Origin: Raja brachyura
Taxonomy: Eukaryota
NCBI GenBank assembly: GCA_963514005.1
Contig: OY740800.1
Span: 17,794,001-17,858,000, forward strand
Direction: 5' to 3'
DNA: 64,000 nt
In this document: positions 39,553 through 51,044 of the stretch, piece by piece
How positions within the stretch are numbered: the first letter of the stretch is position 1
Layout of the letters: each line of letters starts with the position of its first letter
Notes under the pieces: model-generated
Seen by the model: the letters and a program-made list of their open reading frames with translations, nothing else
Databases searched by the model: none
Told to the model about the DNA's origin: nothing
Position numbers and translations under genes: made by a program

Positions 39553-40391
39553 CATTTCTCTGTTTTACCTTTTTTTGACTGGAGCACTTTAACCAGTTGC
39601 TTGTTACCCATTTTAAATTGATCTTTATTTGCAAGGAAAGCAACTGGCCAGCACCAGTTTGGAATGGGTAATAATTTATGGTCTTCACGGCAATGCCAGA
39701 TCCCAAAAGTGAATGAATAATGTATGATTTTTCCATCATAAATAAAACACTTATTTTGCCTGCCGTTTGGTAATAGGTGCTTTAATGGTCTAGATGTCAT
39801 TGCGATGGTGGATCCTAATCTAAGACCTTAGTTGTACATGTTGCTGCTTTAAAAATCATGGAAGTAAATGGAAAACGCAAAGTAGGTGAAATAAATAGAA
39901 TATATGCAGAGATGAATGTTGTCAAAAGTTGATTGAGTACCACCATAAATAGATAGACTTTAACCCAACAGCAGTATGTATGTATGTATCTTCACTGAAA
40001 TAATTTTAAAAGTTGACACAACACCACCTATTTAAGGGCAATTGATTCAGACAATAAAGCATGTCGGCAATGAATAAAAAAGGTAATTCATAATATAAGC
40101 ATTTTGCCTCCTTTGCTTTACAGAACAATGATTTGAGACCGAGAGTGAAAGATGTACTACACGTTCTGCTTAGTTTTCTGGTAATAAACTTTAATGAACA
40201 GGAGACCAAGAGTGCAGATCTTTAGCCACAACTCTCTACCATAGAACACCTCCATACTGATATCAGAAACGTGTAATCTGCCTTGTTTCTATTCTAATTC
40301 TGCTGTTTCATTGCACACTTGAAGTTACTTTAATTAACTGGAAGATTGTATCCCCTGCCAACAGTTTTTTTTTTTTACATTCCAATTGCAG

Positions 40392-40526
40392 GAAGTATTA
40401 TGGAGAGAAGATTGGAATATACTTTGCTTGGCTGGGTTTCTACACGGGCATGTTGGCAATTGCTGGGTTTACTGGTCTCCTGTGTTTTATCTTTGGAATA
40501 CTAACAATGGATCACAATACGTGGAG
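40392..40526 (+). CDS. ANO6: ANO6 exon (~8), TM1
   Basis: cag|(R)KYYGEKIGIYFAWLGFYTGMLAIAGFTGLLCFIFGILTMDHNTW(S)|gtaag; 135 nt. Confidence 0.94.
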
Positions 40527-40800
40527 GTAAGAGAACAATTTTGTTGGAACAGATAAGGTAAAAATTAGCAAAATGTTAAACGACTGTTAAAACACAAAGT
40601 ATTGTGCAATAGCACCAGGCTAAGCATTCAACCAAGAAAACCAAGCCCAATGCCAAAGTAATATCTAAACTGATTCAATGATACTTTATTGTCACATGTA
40701 TCTAGGTGCAGTGAAATGCTTTGTTTTGCATACAACCCGGTAAAACATACAACAGACCTCACCTAGGCAGTACACAAGAGTCACCAATTGGAGCTTAATT

Positions 40801-43178
40801 AGAAAAATAGGTGCAGGAGTAGGCCATTCGGCCCTTCGAGCCAATATGATCATGGCTGATCATCTAAAGTCTGTACCCCGTTCCTGTTTTTCCCCCATAT
40901 CCCTTAATTCCTTTAGCCCCAAGTGCTAAATCTAACTCTCTCTTGAAAACATCCAGTGAATTAGCCTCCACTGTCTTCTATGGCAGAGAATTCCACAGAT
41001 TCACAACTCTCGGAGAAGAAGTTTTTCCTCATCTCAGTTCTAAATGACCTACCCCTTATTCTTAAACTGTGACTCTAGGTTCTGGACTCCCCCAACATCG
41101 GGAACATTTTTCCTGCATTTAGCCTGTCCAATCCTTTATGAATTTTGTGTTTCTATAAGATCCCCTTTCATCCTTCTAAATTCCAGTGAATACAAACCCA
41201 GTCGACCCATTCTTTCATCATATGTCAGTTCCGCCAACCCACAAATTAACCTGGTGAACCTACGCTGCACTCCCTTAATAGCAATAATGTCCTTCCTCAA
41301 ATTAGGAGACCAGAATTGCACACAATACTCCAGGTGCGGTCTCACCAGAGCCCTGTAGAGCTACAGTAGGACCTCCTTGCTCCTAAATTCAAATCCTCTC
41401 ACAATGAAGGCCAACATGCCATTAGCTTTCTTCACTGCCTGCTGTACCTGCATGCTTACTTTCAGTGACTGATGTACAAGCACGCCCAGGTCTCGTTGCA
41501 CCTCCCCTTCTCCTCATCTGACACCATTCAGATAATAATCTGCCTTACTGTTCTTACCACCAAAGTGGATAGCCCCACATGTATCGACATACTGCATCTG
41601 CCATGCATCTGCCTACTCATCCATCTATCCAAGTCATCTGCAGCCTCATAGCATCCTCATCGCACCTCACACTGCCACCCAGCTTTGTGCCATCCGCAAA
41701 CTTGAAGATGTCACATTTAATTCCCTCGTATAAACCGTTAATATATATTGTAAATAACTGAGGTCCCAGCACCGAGCCTTGTGGCACCCCACTAGTTACT
41801 GCCTGCCATTCTGAAAATGACTTGTTAATTCCTACTCTTTACTTCCTGACTGATAACCAGTTCTCTATCCATGTCAATACCCTACCCCCAATACCATGTG
41901 CTGTAATTTTGCACACTAATCTCTTGTGTGGGACCTTGTTAAAGGCTTTTTGAAAGTCCAGATACACCACATCCACTGGCTCTCTTTAATCCATTCTACT
42001 TGTTACATCCTCAAAAAATTCCATAAAATTAGTCAAGCATGATTTCCCCTTCATAAATCCATGCTGACTTTGACCTGTCCTGCACTGCTATAACATCTTT
42101 AACAATCGACTCAAGCATCTTCCCCACCACTGATGTAAGGCTAATTGGTCTATAATTCCCTGTTTTCTCTCTCCCTCATTTCTTAAAAAGTGGGGTTACA
42201 TCTGCCTTCAATCCCAACAGTTTACCTAACACCATTTCCTGACTAATGAACATTCCCTTCATTTCCTCCCTCCCACTAGATCCTCAGTCCCCTAGTATTT
42301 CTGGGAGATTCTTAGTGAAGACAGAACCAAAGTACTCGTTTAACCATTCTGCCATTTCCTTGTTCCCCATTATAAATTCACCTGTCCCTGATTGTAAGGG
42401 ACATTTGTCTTCATTGATTGTTTTCTTTTTACAAATCTGAAGAAGCTTTTGCAGTTAGTTTTTATATTCCCTGCAAGCTTTCTTTCATGATCTTTTTCCG
42501 CCATCTTAATTAACCCTTTGTCCTCCGCTGAGTTCTAAATTTCTCCCAGTCCTCCGGTTTGCTGCTTCCTCTGGACAATTTATATGCCTTTTCCTTGGAT
42601 TTACCTCGTTAGCCACGGCTGAGCCGCCTTCCCCATTTTATTTTTTTGCCAGACAGGGATGAACAATTTTCAGAGTTCATCGATGCGGTCTTTAAATCTT
42701 TGCCATTGCATCTCTACCGTCAACCTTTTAAGTATAATTTTCCACTCTATCTATGCCAATTTCCATCTCATACCTTCAACGTTTCCTTTCTTTATGTTCA
42801 GGACCCTAGTCTCTGAATTAACTGTGTCACTCTCCTTCCAAATGCAGAATTCCACCAAATTATGGTCACTGTTGCCCAAGGGGCTTTTCACAACAAGATC
42901 GCTAATGGGCCTGTCCCATTTAGGTGATTTTTCAGGCGACTGCCGGCGACTGTCAACTGTTGAAAAATCTGCGGCGACCATAATGAGGCCGCGACTAATT
43001 CCCAGAATGCGGGAACTCCTCATGACCATGGAGGCAACACCCCGGCAATCACCCGCGAACATGTGGCGACCGCATAATCTTCTGCAGTCACCTAAGAAGT
43101 TGCCTAAGTGGGACAGGCCCATAACTAATCCTTCCTCATTACACAATACTCAGTCTAGGATGGCCTATCTTCTAGTCG
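40801..43178 (-). mobile_element. CR1 LINE, 5'-truncated, internally deleted
   Basis: PLGNSDHNLVEF (endonuclease end), YLDFQKAFNKVP, GVPQGSVLGP, KFADGTK, RPHLEYCVQFWSP, 3' UTR. Confidence 0.92.
42906..43121. mobile_element. PIF/Harbinger-type MITE inserted in CR1
   Basis: TIRs tgggcctgtccca / tgggacaggccca with a perfect TAA TSD (42903-42905, 43122-43124). Internal-deletion relative of 34152-34979. Confidence 0.85.
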
Positions 43179-43365
43179 GTTTGAGGAAAAGTAATTTTTA
43201 GGATATGGGGGAAGAGGTTAGGAATGTACTCTGAGCAAGAGGCCTCCCACTGTGCTGTAACAATCCTATGATTCCAGGTCTCCTGAGCGTGGCTTTAGGC
43301 AAGTGTTGCAATTTTTCTTAATTTGCTAATTAGGGGCTGCACAGTGTTGGGGGGGGGGGGGGGGG

Positions 43366-43666
43366 GGCGGTGGCACAGTGACTCAGCCTTACAGCTGCTG
43401 CCTTACAGCGCCAGAGACCCAAGTGCGATTCTGACTACGGGGGTTGTCTGTACAGATTTTGTACGTTCTACCTGTGTCTGCTTTGGCTTTCTCCGGGTGC
43501 TCCGGTTTCCTCCCATACTTCAAAGACGTACAGGTTTGTACGTTAATTGGCTTGGGTAAAGTTGTAAAATTTCCCTAGCATGTAGGATAGAGCTAGTGTA
43601 TGGAATGATCGCTGGTCGGCACAGACTCAATGGGCTGAAGGGCCTGTTTCCATGCTGTATCTCTAA
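43366..43666 (+). mobile_element. HE1/V-SINE-like SINE
   Basis: ggcggtggcacagtg...gccttacagcgccagagaccc head, core, and gggctgaagggcctgtttcc tail. Confidence 0.82.
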
Positions 43667-43982
43667 GATCAATTCTAAAGTCTATTTGGAGATAGGTTGA
43701 AAATTGACCAATGTAGTTTACTTTAGTAGCAAATTAAATAAATGTTCAATTCAGAACAAAAAATGTGTGCTATTTAATTATGTTGGAGTGTTACAGTACT
43801 GATAGTTATTAATTATTAGCAATGTCAGTATCACTTTTGAACAATACTACATTAACTACGGTCTTTTATTATTATTTGTTGGTCAACACAGTTTATACTT
43901 AAGAAACCTAAACGTGTGTGCGTAGTTGGTCTGTGTTATAATAATGGCATTTTTTTTATGTTTGCTCTGTTTCTGTCTTAAG

Positions 43983-44088
43983 TCAAGAAGTATGTGATCC
44001 TGAGATCGGAGGTCGTCTCATCATGTGTCCTCAATGTGACAGAGATTGTTTCTACTGGAGACTCAATATTACATGTCAATCTTCAAGG
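43983..44088 (+). CDS. ANO6: ANO6 exon (~9)
   Basis: aag|(S)[35 protein letters not shown]|gtatgt; 106 nt. Confidence 0.94.
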
Positions 44089-45252
44089 GTATGTGCATTC
44101 ATAACATCTCACATCATGTATGTATTATATGATTATGTAGATATTATCATACCTCTGCATTATTGCTAAAATAGTCAATTACCTAAATGTAGTAAAATTT
44201 TAATTTTATCCCAAATGGCCTTAACTTGCCTGAATTTAACAAGAGATCTATATTAATAACTCAGTCATGAACAGCAAGATTTTCCTTAGTTTATTTGTGA
44301 ATTATGGATTTGAAGACATATCAGTTTAGTTTATTGTTACGTGTACAGTGAAAAGCTTTTTGTTGCACGCTAACCAGTCAGCAGAAAGACAATGATTACA
44401 ATCAATCCATTTATAGTGTATAGATACATGTTAAGGTATACATGATACATATACATGACCTATAATAGTTGATGATCAATAATTTTTTGATTAGTAGCCA
44501 CCAAACCTCCAGTGAATAAGGAACTATGAAGTTAATAATGATTTATTGCAGGTTCTTTAAATGCTTTAGGTTCAATTGTAAAGACAGCAAAAGCAAGATA
44601 ACAGAATTTATTTCAATTTAACTAAACTTAAAACTCAGCTCATAATGAGGTCAATATATTTTAGTAGGATCAAACCTTGCAAATGGATTCATGATATAAG
44701 GTTGGAGTGTGAGGTTATCAAAATATATCAGTAATTCCATTTCAGAAAAGGTCCGCCATCAAATTTGGGAGCGAAAGAGTTCTACGCCATTGATATTTTC
44801 AATTGCTGGTGAAAGTAATGGAAGGACTTTTATAGATTGAGACACTTTCTTATCTTTGTATTTTACAGGAAATACGAAATTAAAATATCTTATTTCAGTT
44901 TCAAACATAGTAGTTAGAAATGGAATAATTAGATTTTCCTTCAAAATCTATCTCCCAGATATTCAAATACATTTTATGTCCTTTTAAGAAATGTGAGTCT
45001 ATACATGTTCTGTCGGGTGCTGCCTTTGTTGTCATATCCTATGATGTATATTATTATATATAATTCCATAAAAGACAGGGGTAACATCTGTGTTAATGGA
45101 ATTTCGGAATTGAAATGGAATATAGCATCAGAAATTATGCATGAAAGAAGAATATTCTATTAGAATGTCACAATGATTAATGTTTCAAGTTCTGTTTACA
45201 TTTAGAATACCATTATTCACAAGTTTATTGCATTTTTTAATGTAATCCACAG

Positions 45253-45313
45253 AAATTATCTATATTTGACAATTATGGAACACTGGCATATGCAGTATTT
45301 ATGGCAATTTGGG
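45253..45313 (+). CDS. ANO6: ANO6 exon (~10), TM2
   Basis: cag|KLSIFDNYGTLAYAVFMAIW(V)|gtaagt; 61 nt. Confidence 0.93.
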
Positions 45314-45789
45314 GTAAGTGAATTGCAGTTACTACTTTGCAATAGAAATAATATTAGTTACATACATTCTAATCATTACTTTGTGCATCATCAAATGTTT
45401 GAAGAGAAAGCAAATGTTGGATTAGAATTTAAGACAATATTCAAAGGTGTTTTTTGGCATCAGTTACTATCCCAAAATACAAAATAAAGTTTTAATGGAT
45501 CATTTGCTGTGTCATACTGATGTCCATGGGAGAGGGAAGAGCAGAAATTCTTCCACCTTTCTCTGCCTCTCTTTACACCACCTTCCTTCACAAAGTAATT
45601 ATACAATGTTCCATTTCTTGTCATTTCAAATAACAATGGTGGAAATGTTTTTATTTTTTGAGTACGTATTATGGTTCTTTTAGAGGCTGCAATACAACCA
45701 TGTTCTTGACACTTTGTGGATGCGAGTGCCCAAAACACATTACTTATGTTCTTTCTGATCCCTTTCCATCTCAAATAAACTAGACAACC

Positions 45790-45823
45790 AGGTCTGAAGA
45801 AGGGTCGACCTGAAACGTCGCCT
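45790..45823 (+). ncRNA. Minimal type I hammerhead ribozyme motif in a Penelope-type repeat (repeat extends to ~45886)
   Basis: Stem I aggt/gcct, core CUGAAGA (45794-45800), extra A, stem II gggt-cg-acct, GAAA, palindromic ACGU in place of stem III, GUC cleavage triplet ending at 45819. Activity untested. Confidence 0.6.
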
Positions 45824-46106
45824 ATCTCCTTAGCTCCTTAGATGCTGCTGCACCCGCTGAGTCTCTCCAGCTTTTTGTGTAACCCCCAGGTTGTATGCAA
45901 CATGTTGTTATTTTAAGCCGCCAGCCACGTCTCCCCGAACTTTCATCACTCTGAAGTAAAATCTAAATTTATGGAAACTAACTGGCTAATTTAGAACCCA
46001 ATTATTAGGCTTCCTCCCTCCTTAGAACGTCAAAAATCCTTAACCTTATACAAAGATCACGACAACTGCAACTTTATGTGAGAGACTTCAGGCATTGTAT
46101 CTGCTG

Positions 46107-46229
46107 CAGTGCCCTCCATAATTTTTGTGACAAACACCCATCATTTATTTATTTGCCTCTGTACTCCACAATTTGAGATTTGTAATGGAAAAAAATAACA
46201 TGTGGTTAAAGTGCACATTGTCAGATTTT
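46107..46229. mobile_element. Tc1/mariner-like terminal fragment
   Basis: Begins cagtgccctccataatt.ttgtgaca, resembling Tc1-type TIR starts. Cut off by the adjacent CR1. Confidence 0.45.
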
Positions 46230-47700
46230 GAGACGGAAGCAGGTGAATTTATAATCGGAAACAAGGAAATGGCAAAACAGTTAAACAAGTACTTTGTTTG
46301 TGTCTTCCTTAGTGAAGTCAGAACCAACCTCCCAGAAATACTAAGGGACTGAGGATCTAGTGGGAGGGAGGAACTGAAGGCAATCCACATTAGCCCGGAA
46401 ATGGTGTTAGGTAAACTGTTGGGACTGAAGGAAGATAAATCTCCAGGTCCTGATGGTCTGCATCCCAGAGTACTCAAGGAGGAAGCCCTAGAAAGCATGG
46501 ATGCATTAGTGATGATTTTTCAATGTTCTATAGATTCTGGATTAGTTCCTGTGGACTGGAGGGTAGCCAAAGTAACTCATTTTTTTAATGAAAGGCGGGA
46601 GAGAGAAAAAATGGGGCATTATAGACCAGGAAATAAAGATTAGGAATTAACAGGTCCTTTTCAGAATGGCAGGCAGTGACTAGTGGGGTGCCGCAAGGCT
46701 TGGTGCTGGCACCCCAATTATTTACAATATATATTAATGATTTAGACGAGGGGATTAAATGTAACATCTCCAAGTTTGCAGACGACACTAAGCTGAGTGG
46801 CAGTGTGAGCTGTGAGGAAGATGCTATGAGGCTGAAGGGTGACTTGGATAGGTTGGGTGAGTGGGCAGATGCATGGCAGATGCAGTATAATACGGATAAA
46901 TGTGAGGTTATCCATTTTGGTGGCAAGAACAGGAAGGCAGAATGCTGTCAGGTTAGGAAAAGGGGAGGTACAACGATGCCTGGGTATGCTTGTCCTACAG
47001 TCACTGAAAGTAAGCACGCAGGTACAGCAGGCAGTGAAGAAAGCTAATGGCATGTTGACCTTCATTGCGAGATGATTTGAGTTTTGGAGCAAGGAGGTCC
47101 TACTACAGTTGTACAAGGCCCTGGTGAGACCACACATGGAGTATTGTGTGCAATACTCCTATTTGGTCTCCTAATTTGAGGAAGGACATTATTGCTATTG
47201 AGGTAGTGCAGCGTAGGTTCACCAGGTTAATTTCCGGGATGGCAGGACTGACATATGAAGAAAGAATGGGTCGACTGAGCTTGTATTCACTGGAATTTAG
47301 AAGGACGAGAGGAGATCTTATAGAAACGAATAAAATTCTTAAAGGATAGGTCAGGCTAGATGCAGGTAAAATGTTCCCGATGTTGGGGGAGTTCAGAATC
47401 AGGGGTCACAGTTTAAGAATAAGGGGTAGGCCATTTAGGACTGAGATGAGGAAAAGCTTTTTCACCCAGAGAGTTGTGAATCTGGAATTCTCTTCCACAG
47501 AGGGCAGTGGAGGCCAATTCACTGAATGTTTTCAAGAGAGAGTTAGATTTAGCTCTTGGAGCTAAAGGAATCAAGGGATATGGGGGAAAAGCAGGAACAG
47601 GGTACTGATTTTAGATGATCAGCCATGATCATATTGAATGGTGGTGCTGGCTCAAAGGCCCGAATGGCCTAGTCCTGCACCTATTTTTCTATGTTTCTAT
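46230..47700 (+). mobile_element. CR1 LINE, 5'-truncated, internally deleted
   Basis: KSPGPDGLHPRVLKE, SGVPQGLVLAPQLFTIYINDL, SKFADDTKL, SLEFRRTRGDLIE, 3' UTR with ctatgtttctat tail. Confidence 0.93.
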
Positions 47701-47954
47701 AAAACTGCATCATGACTTCCTGACTCTTATACTCAATGCTCCAACCTATGAAAGCAAGCATACCATATGCCTTCTTTACAACTCTATCTATTTATGTAGC
47801 CATTTTAGTGAGTTATGAACTTGGATCCCAAGATCCCTAGCCTTTGCTGATGGATTTGAATTTTGTTGCTTGAATTAGTTGCCTCTAAAGGATTATGCTG
47901 ATGATTTTCGCTAATGTTTGGGTGGTTATTATAACGATAAATGATGCTTTGCAG

Positions 47955-48097
47955 TGACTGTCTTTTTGGAATTCTGGAAGCGTCGTCAGGCAGAATTGGA
48001 GTATGAATGGGACACTGTGGAATTAGAACAAGAAGAGCCACGCCGTGCAGAATATGAAGCAAAGTGCACAATGCGCAGGAAGAATCCAATCACACAG
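47955..48097 (+). CDS. ANO6: ANO6 exon (~11)
   Basis: cag|(V)TVFLEFWKRRQAELEYEWDTVELEQEEPRRAEYEAKCTMRRKNPITQ|gtaaat; 143 nt. Confidence 0.94.
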
Positions 48098-48542
48098 GTA
48101 AATTCATCGGTTCTTTAGGCCTGTCAGGCCTTGGATAGCCGTGACCAAGGTAATTCCCACAGAGACTGTCTGATTTCCGACAAAAAGACATTTGTTTCCT
48201 TCTGCTCTACCTACTACTGGTAAAAAGAAAGCTATCATCAAGGAATACAATCAATTTCAAGTGTCCCAGTCTAAAATGTATTGATACAATCTGTCAAAGG
48301 AAATATTTAGATTTCAATTTATTTTTGACATGATAACTTAGCATTGCAAGAAACAAATTTTAAGCTTGCAGTTAAGCAATAAAAATTTTTTAAGTCTTTT
48401 TGATCAACTGAGAATGGTCACATAAAATAATGCTGAGGTTTATCATGTATCTGGCAAATGCCATGCTAGAAACATAGATTTTAAATTTAAAAGAACTAAA
48501 AAGAAACTTAAGGAATTAACTTATGCATAATTTCATTTACAG

Positions 48543-48620
48543 GAAGAGGAGATGGTGCCCTACACTGCTTGTGGAAAATGTATGAGGATATTTTGTGGTG
48601 GAACTACAGTCTTATTCTGG
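48543..48620 (+). CDS. ANO6: ANO6 exon (~12)
   Basis: cag|EEEMVPYTACGKCMRIFCGGTTVLFW|gtaag; 78 nt. Confidence 0.92.
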
Positions 48621-49395
48621 GTAAGAAGCTGTAGTTGGTGTCAGCATCTTTACAATTGGTTCCTTATCCGCTTTCATTGATAAGGAGGAGCCAAGAGCAT
48701 TTAAATCACGTGCATCTCAGCAAAACTATCCCATGATTAATTTTTAAAAGTAGATAATTGTTTTTTAAATAACTCTTGGATAAAGCCGGTAACATAGCCA
48801 CACGAGGCATGATTTTTTACTTGGAGAAAATAGCCTCACAGAAGACCAAGCATATTTACTATGCCAATTATACAAAAATCAGAGAGATAAAGAGCGAAGA
48901 CAATGAACTATAGTCAGAGTTTATTATGGAGCAGAAAACCATTCACCGTATTCTGGGTAATTTTCTACAGGAAGAGTCTTATGCTCTTTTCCTGTTCATT
49001 CTCGTGTATTTTGTTTTTTCCTTTTAGAACCTATCTTGATATTTAAGCAAATGTAGTTCCTGTTACAGCATGCAGCTATGGAAGGGTTCCTTGAAATATT
49101 TTAAAAGCAACAAAATTGCAGATGATGGAAATCTGAAATAAAATCATAATCTGTTGGGATACTCAGGCCAGTCAGCATTGGTGGGAAGAGAAACAAAATT
49201 AATGATGACCTTTTATCAGAACTGGAAAAGTGAGAATTCAGATATGTGTTCATTTATACAGATGGGGGAGGGGGTGGAGAGAACAGAGGAATGTCTGTGA
49301 TAGAGTGGACACTACCTCTGAAATTGAGCTCTATGGACCAAGGCTTTGTGTGATAAGGTCTGGAACAAAGCAGTCCTGTTAAAACTCAAACTGAA

Positions 49396-49846
49396 GTGGA
49401 ATTCTCTGCCACAGAAGGCAGTGGGGTTCAATTCACTGGATGTTTTCAAGACAGAGTTAGATATAGCTCTGAGGGCTAACGGAATCAAGGGATATCGGGA
49501 GAAAGCAATAGACAATAGGTGCAGGAGTAGGCCATTCAGCCCTTCGAGCCAGCACCGCCATTCAATGTAATCATGGCTGATCATCCCCAATCTGTACCCC
49601 GTCCTGCCTTCTCCCCATATCCCCTGGCACCGCTATCTTTAAGAGTCCTATCTAGCTAGCTCTGTCTTGAAAATATTCAGAGAACCGGCCTCTACCGCCC
49701 TCTGAGGCAGCGAATTCCACTGACTCACAACTCTGTGTGTGAAAAAGCAGGAACGGGGTACTGATTTTGGATGATCAGCCATGATCATATTGAATGGCTC
49801 AAAGGACCAAATGGCCTACCCCTGCACCTATTTTCTATGTTTCTAT
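49396..49846. mobile_element. CR1 3' end (+) with a second CR1 3' end (-) nested at ~49508-49742
   Basis: The + copy stops at gagaaagca and resumes at aaaagcaggaacggggtact. An inverted 3' UTR copy lies between. Confidence 0.8.
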
Positions 49847-50102
49847 GAACATTTGTCAGCTAAGTAAATGCTACTTTATAGTACTGCAAATGCCTCTCAC
49901 CTATTTGTTGATGATCGCCATCATACTGGGTGACAATTATCCAGATTGGATTTGCCGCGCTTTTTAGGAATTGGACATACAAGGGCAATTTTCCACCATG
50001 TTGGGTAAATATTGGTGTAGTAACAAGACCTACGAGTGTCTCTTTAATTAAGTTTCTTAAGATTTCAATAGACCTAAATATGTTCTCCTGATGTTCTTCC
50101 AG

Positions 50103-50331
50103 ATTTCACTAATTATTGCCTCAGTAGTTGCCATCATTGTCTATCGATTGGCTGTCTTTTTTGAATTTTCCGTCAACCTCCCGAAGGCAATGGATAATGA
50201 CCTGGAGCCTCTCAAAGACTATTTAACTCCTCAGATGGCCACTACTGTCACAGCTTCTCTCATTAACTTTGTGTTCATTATGATTTTGAACATAATCTAT
50301 GAAAGAGTCGCAATACTGATTACAGATTTTG
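50103..50331 (+). CDS. ANO6: ANO6 exon (~13), TM3-TM4
   Basis: cag|ISLIIASVVAIIVYRL...TPQMATTVTASLINFVFIMILNIIYERVAILITDF(E)|gtaagt; 229 nt. Confidence 0.94.
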
Positions 50332-50874
50332 GTAAGTTAATTTCCAGATACTTGTAACAGTGAATATCTTTTTTTTCAGATACTTGTAACCATGAATATC
50401 TTTTTTTTAAATGTAGGCTGAATTGGTCTTTTGTATTGAAAGTTTTAAATGTTTTGACATTTGCTGCAATTAATCAACAACATACCGCCATGAATATTGC
50501 ACGTGTTATTGGCTGGTAGTAACCTGTTATACTGTGCCTTTGTTGAAACACTGTACAGCTGTAGTCATGTTAACTTTGCATGATTTAGAATACAAAACCA
50601 ACAATTCTGCATAACTATTATGATGATAGTTAAAATCGTGCTTTATCGACTATTAATTTGCCTTATTATCATTATTTGGATCAGTAAACTGATACCTTTA
50701 GCAGAATTTTCATACGTAAGGTAGCCAGATACAGTCTTGCAGTATTGATGTCAAGGCTGCCTGTACAGTTGGATTGTAAAGTTGGATGGAAAGATGGTAG
50801 GTTTCATATTCTGGAAGGAAGGTGTCAATCCAGATTTGTAGTAATTACTGAATTATTTGTCATTTTTAATTCAG

Positions 50875-51044
50875 AGCTTCCAAGAACCCAAACGGATTAT
50901 GAAAACAGTTTGACTTTGAAGATGTTTCTCTTCCAATTTGTCAACTACTACTCCTCCTGCTTCTACATAGCTTTCTTTAAAGGCAAAATTGTAGGTTATC
51001 CTGGAGAGCCAGTTTATTGGTTGGGACGATTCAGGAATGAAGAG
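50875..51044 (+). CDS. ANO6: ANO6 exon (~14), TM5
   Basis: cag|(E)LPRTQTDYENSLTLKMFLFQFVNYYSSCFYIAFFKGKIVGYPGEPVYWLGRFRNEE|gtaata; 170 nt. Confidence 0.95.

Noticed and set aside
43349-43367. Long G homopolymer (also a C run at ~20710)
   Set aside because: Simple repeat next to a SINE, error-prone in sequencing, with no functional evidence.
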